Positions 63,201-64,000 of a stretch of 64,000 nucleotides of DNA are shown piece after piece (the stretch's first letter is position 1; each line of letters opens with the position of its first letter). Below the pieces are notes generated by a model, which saw only the letters and a list, made by a program, of their open reading frames with translations, made no database searches and was not told where the DNA came from. Origin of the DNA: Lama glama (taxonomy: Eukaryota); the NCBI GenBank assembly GCA_028534125.1, contig CM052816.1:47432001-47496000 (forward strand), in the 5' to 3' direction. The position numbers and the translations under genes are program-made.

Positions 63201-64000
63201 TGTCAAATTCAGAGTTTGTTTAAATTTCTTGGGCTATAATACTTTATTCGATTTGAGCCATGTGGGAGTTTAATTTCTCTTCTGACTTTTTTTTTAAAGG
63301 AGAATAAAAGAAAGATAGAACATCCTTATTTTGAGGGAAAAATGGCCTTGAAGAGACTATACCAAAGATTCTAGGGGGTCTTTCATATCACATAGCCTAC
63401 AGAATAGGATTCTTGGGTGCCATTCGTGAATAATTCCAAAATATTTAAATTAAGGCGTGACCGGCTTTAACTTTAGGATGAAGTGCTTGGAAAACTATGA
63501 CAACAGTTGCAGGATCAAGGAGATGGAAAATGTGGAAACCCTAGGCTGAATCCCAAGTAATAATTACCGATCACATTGTAACTAGTGGTTTCTCAAAATC
63601 GTCAAATCATGCAGTCTGCCTTATACTTCTTAGTACCTGGGGCGGGACTGGCAAGTTCCACTGGCCACGAGGCTTTCAGAGTTGGAGCATCTGGACTTTG
63701 CCTGAGGTTCATAGACCTATCCTACGTGAGCACCTATAGCAACATGGCCAAAATTCCTTTATCAAGGGAACCTGTTAAACAACAAAACAAAACAAAAATA
63801 CTTCTAGGCCTGGAGATGTTGATCCATCAGTGGAAAACCAAAGACAGATTTGAACACTAAGGGCCAGAGAGAACCATATCAATCCTTTGGATAGAATGGG
63901 TTATTTGAGGAAAAAATAAATTTTCTAAGACCAGTCCTGTTTAGACCAGAGCCGATCACCTGTAGTCACCTACCTGGTAGGAATTGAGGGTTTCCAGAAG

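Noticed and set aside
1..64000. CRISPR arrays, operons, tRNA/rRNA genes, intact retroviral or transposase ORFs
   Set aside because: None seen; the DNA is mammalian and the only tRNA-like sequence is the truncated SINE at 12798-12864

Overview
This is mammalian nuclear DNA: AT-rich, CpG-depleted and full of old repeats (MIR, L2, L1M, MLT1, LTR16, MER). A truncated Vic-1-like tRNA-derived SINE and cetartiodactyl-type L1 3' ends point to a camelid; I saw no Alu, B1, Bov-tA/BovB, PRE-1 or CAN-SINE. There are no prokaryotic features, and almost all entries in the ORF track are chance ORFs or repeat shadows. The only good coding candidate is a plus-strand terminal exon at 665-~1130. It has a PPPPY motif and an in-frame TGA followed by 34 more acidic, protein-like codons before TAA TAA. 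I could not identify the gene. The remaining ~63 kb looks like gene desert or long intron, with several repeat-free blocks rich in developmental TF motifs, a CTCF-like site, an ERV1-like solo LTR in an AP-1 cluster, and a possible spliced minus-strand transcript near 52.6-53.1 kb. Repeat family names come from remembered consensus sequences and repeat boundaries are approximate; both need RepeatMasker/Dfam confirmation. I found no convincing new biological system. The best leads are the internal stop codon in the terminal exon and the minus-strand exon pair.
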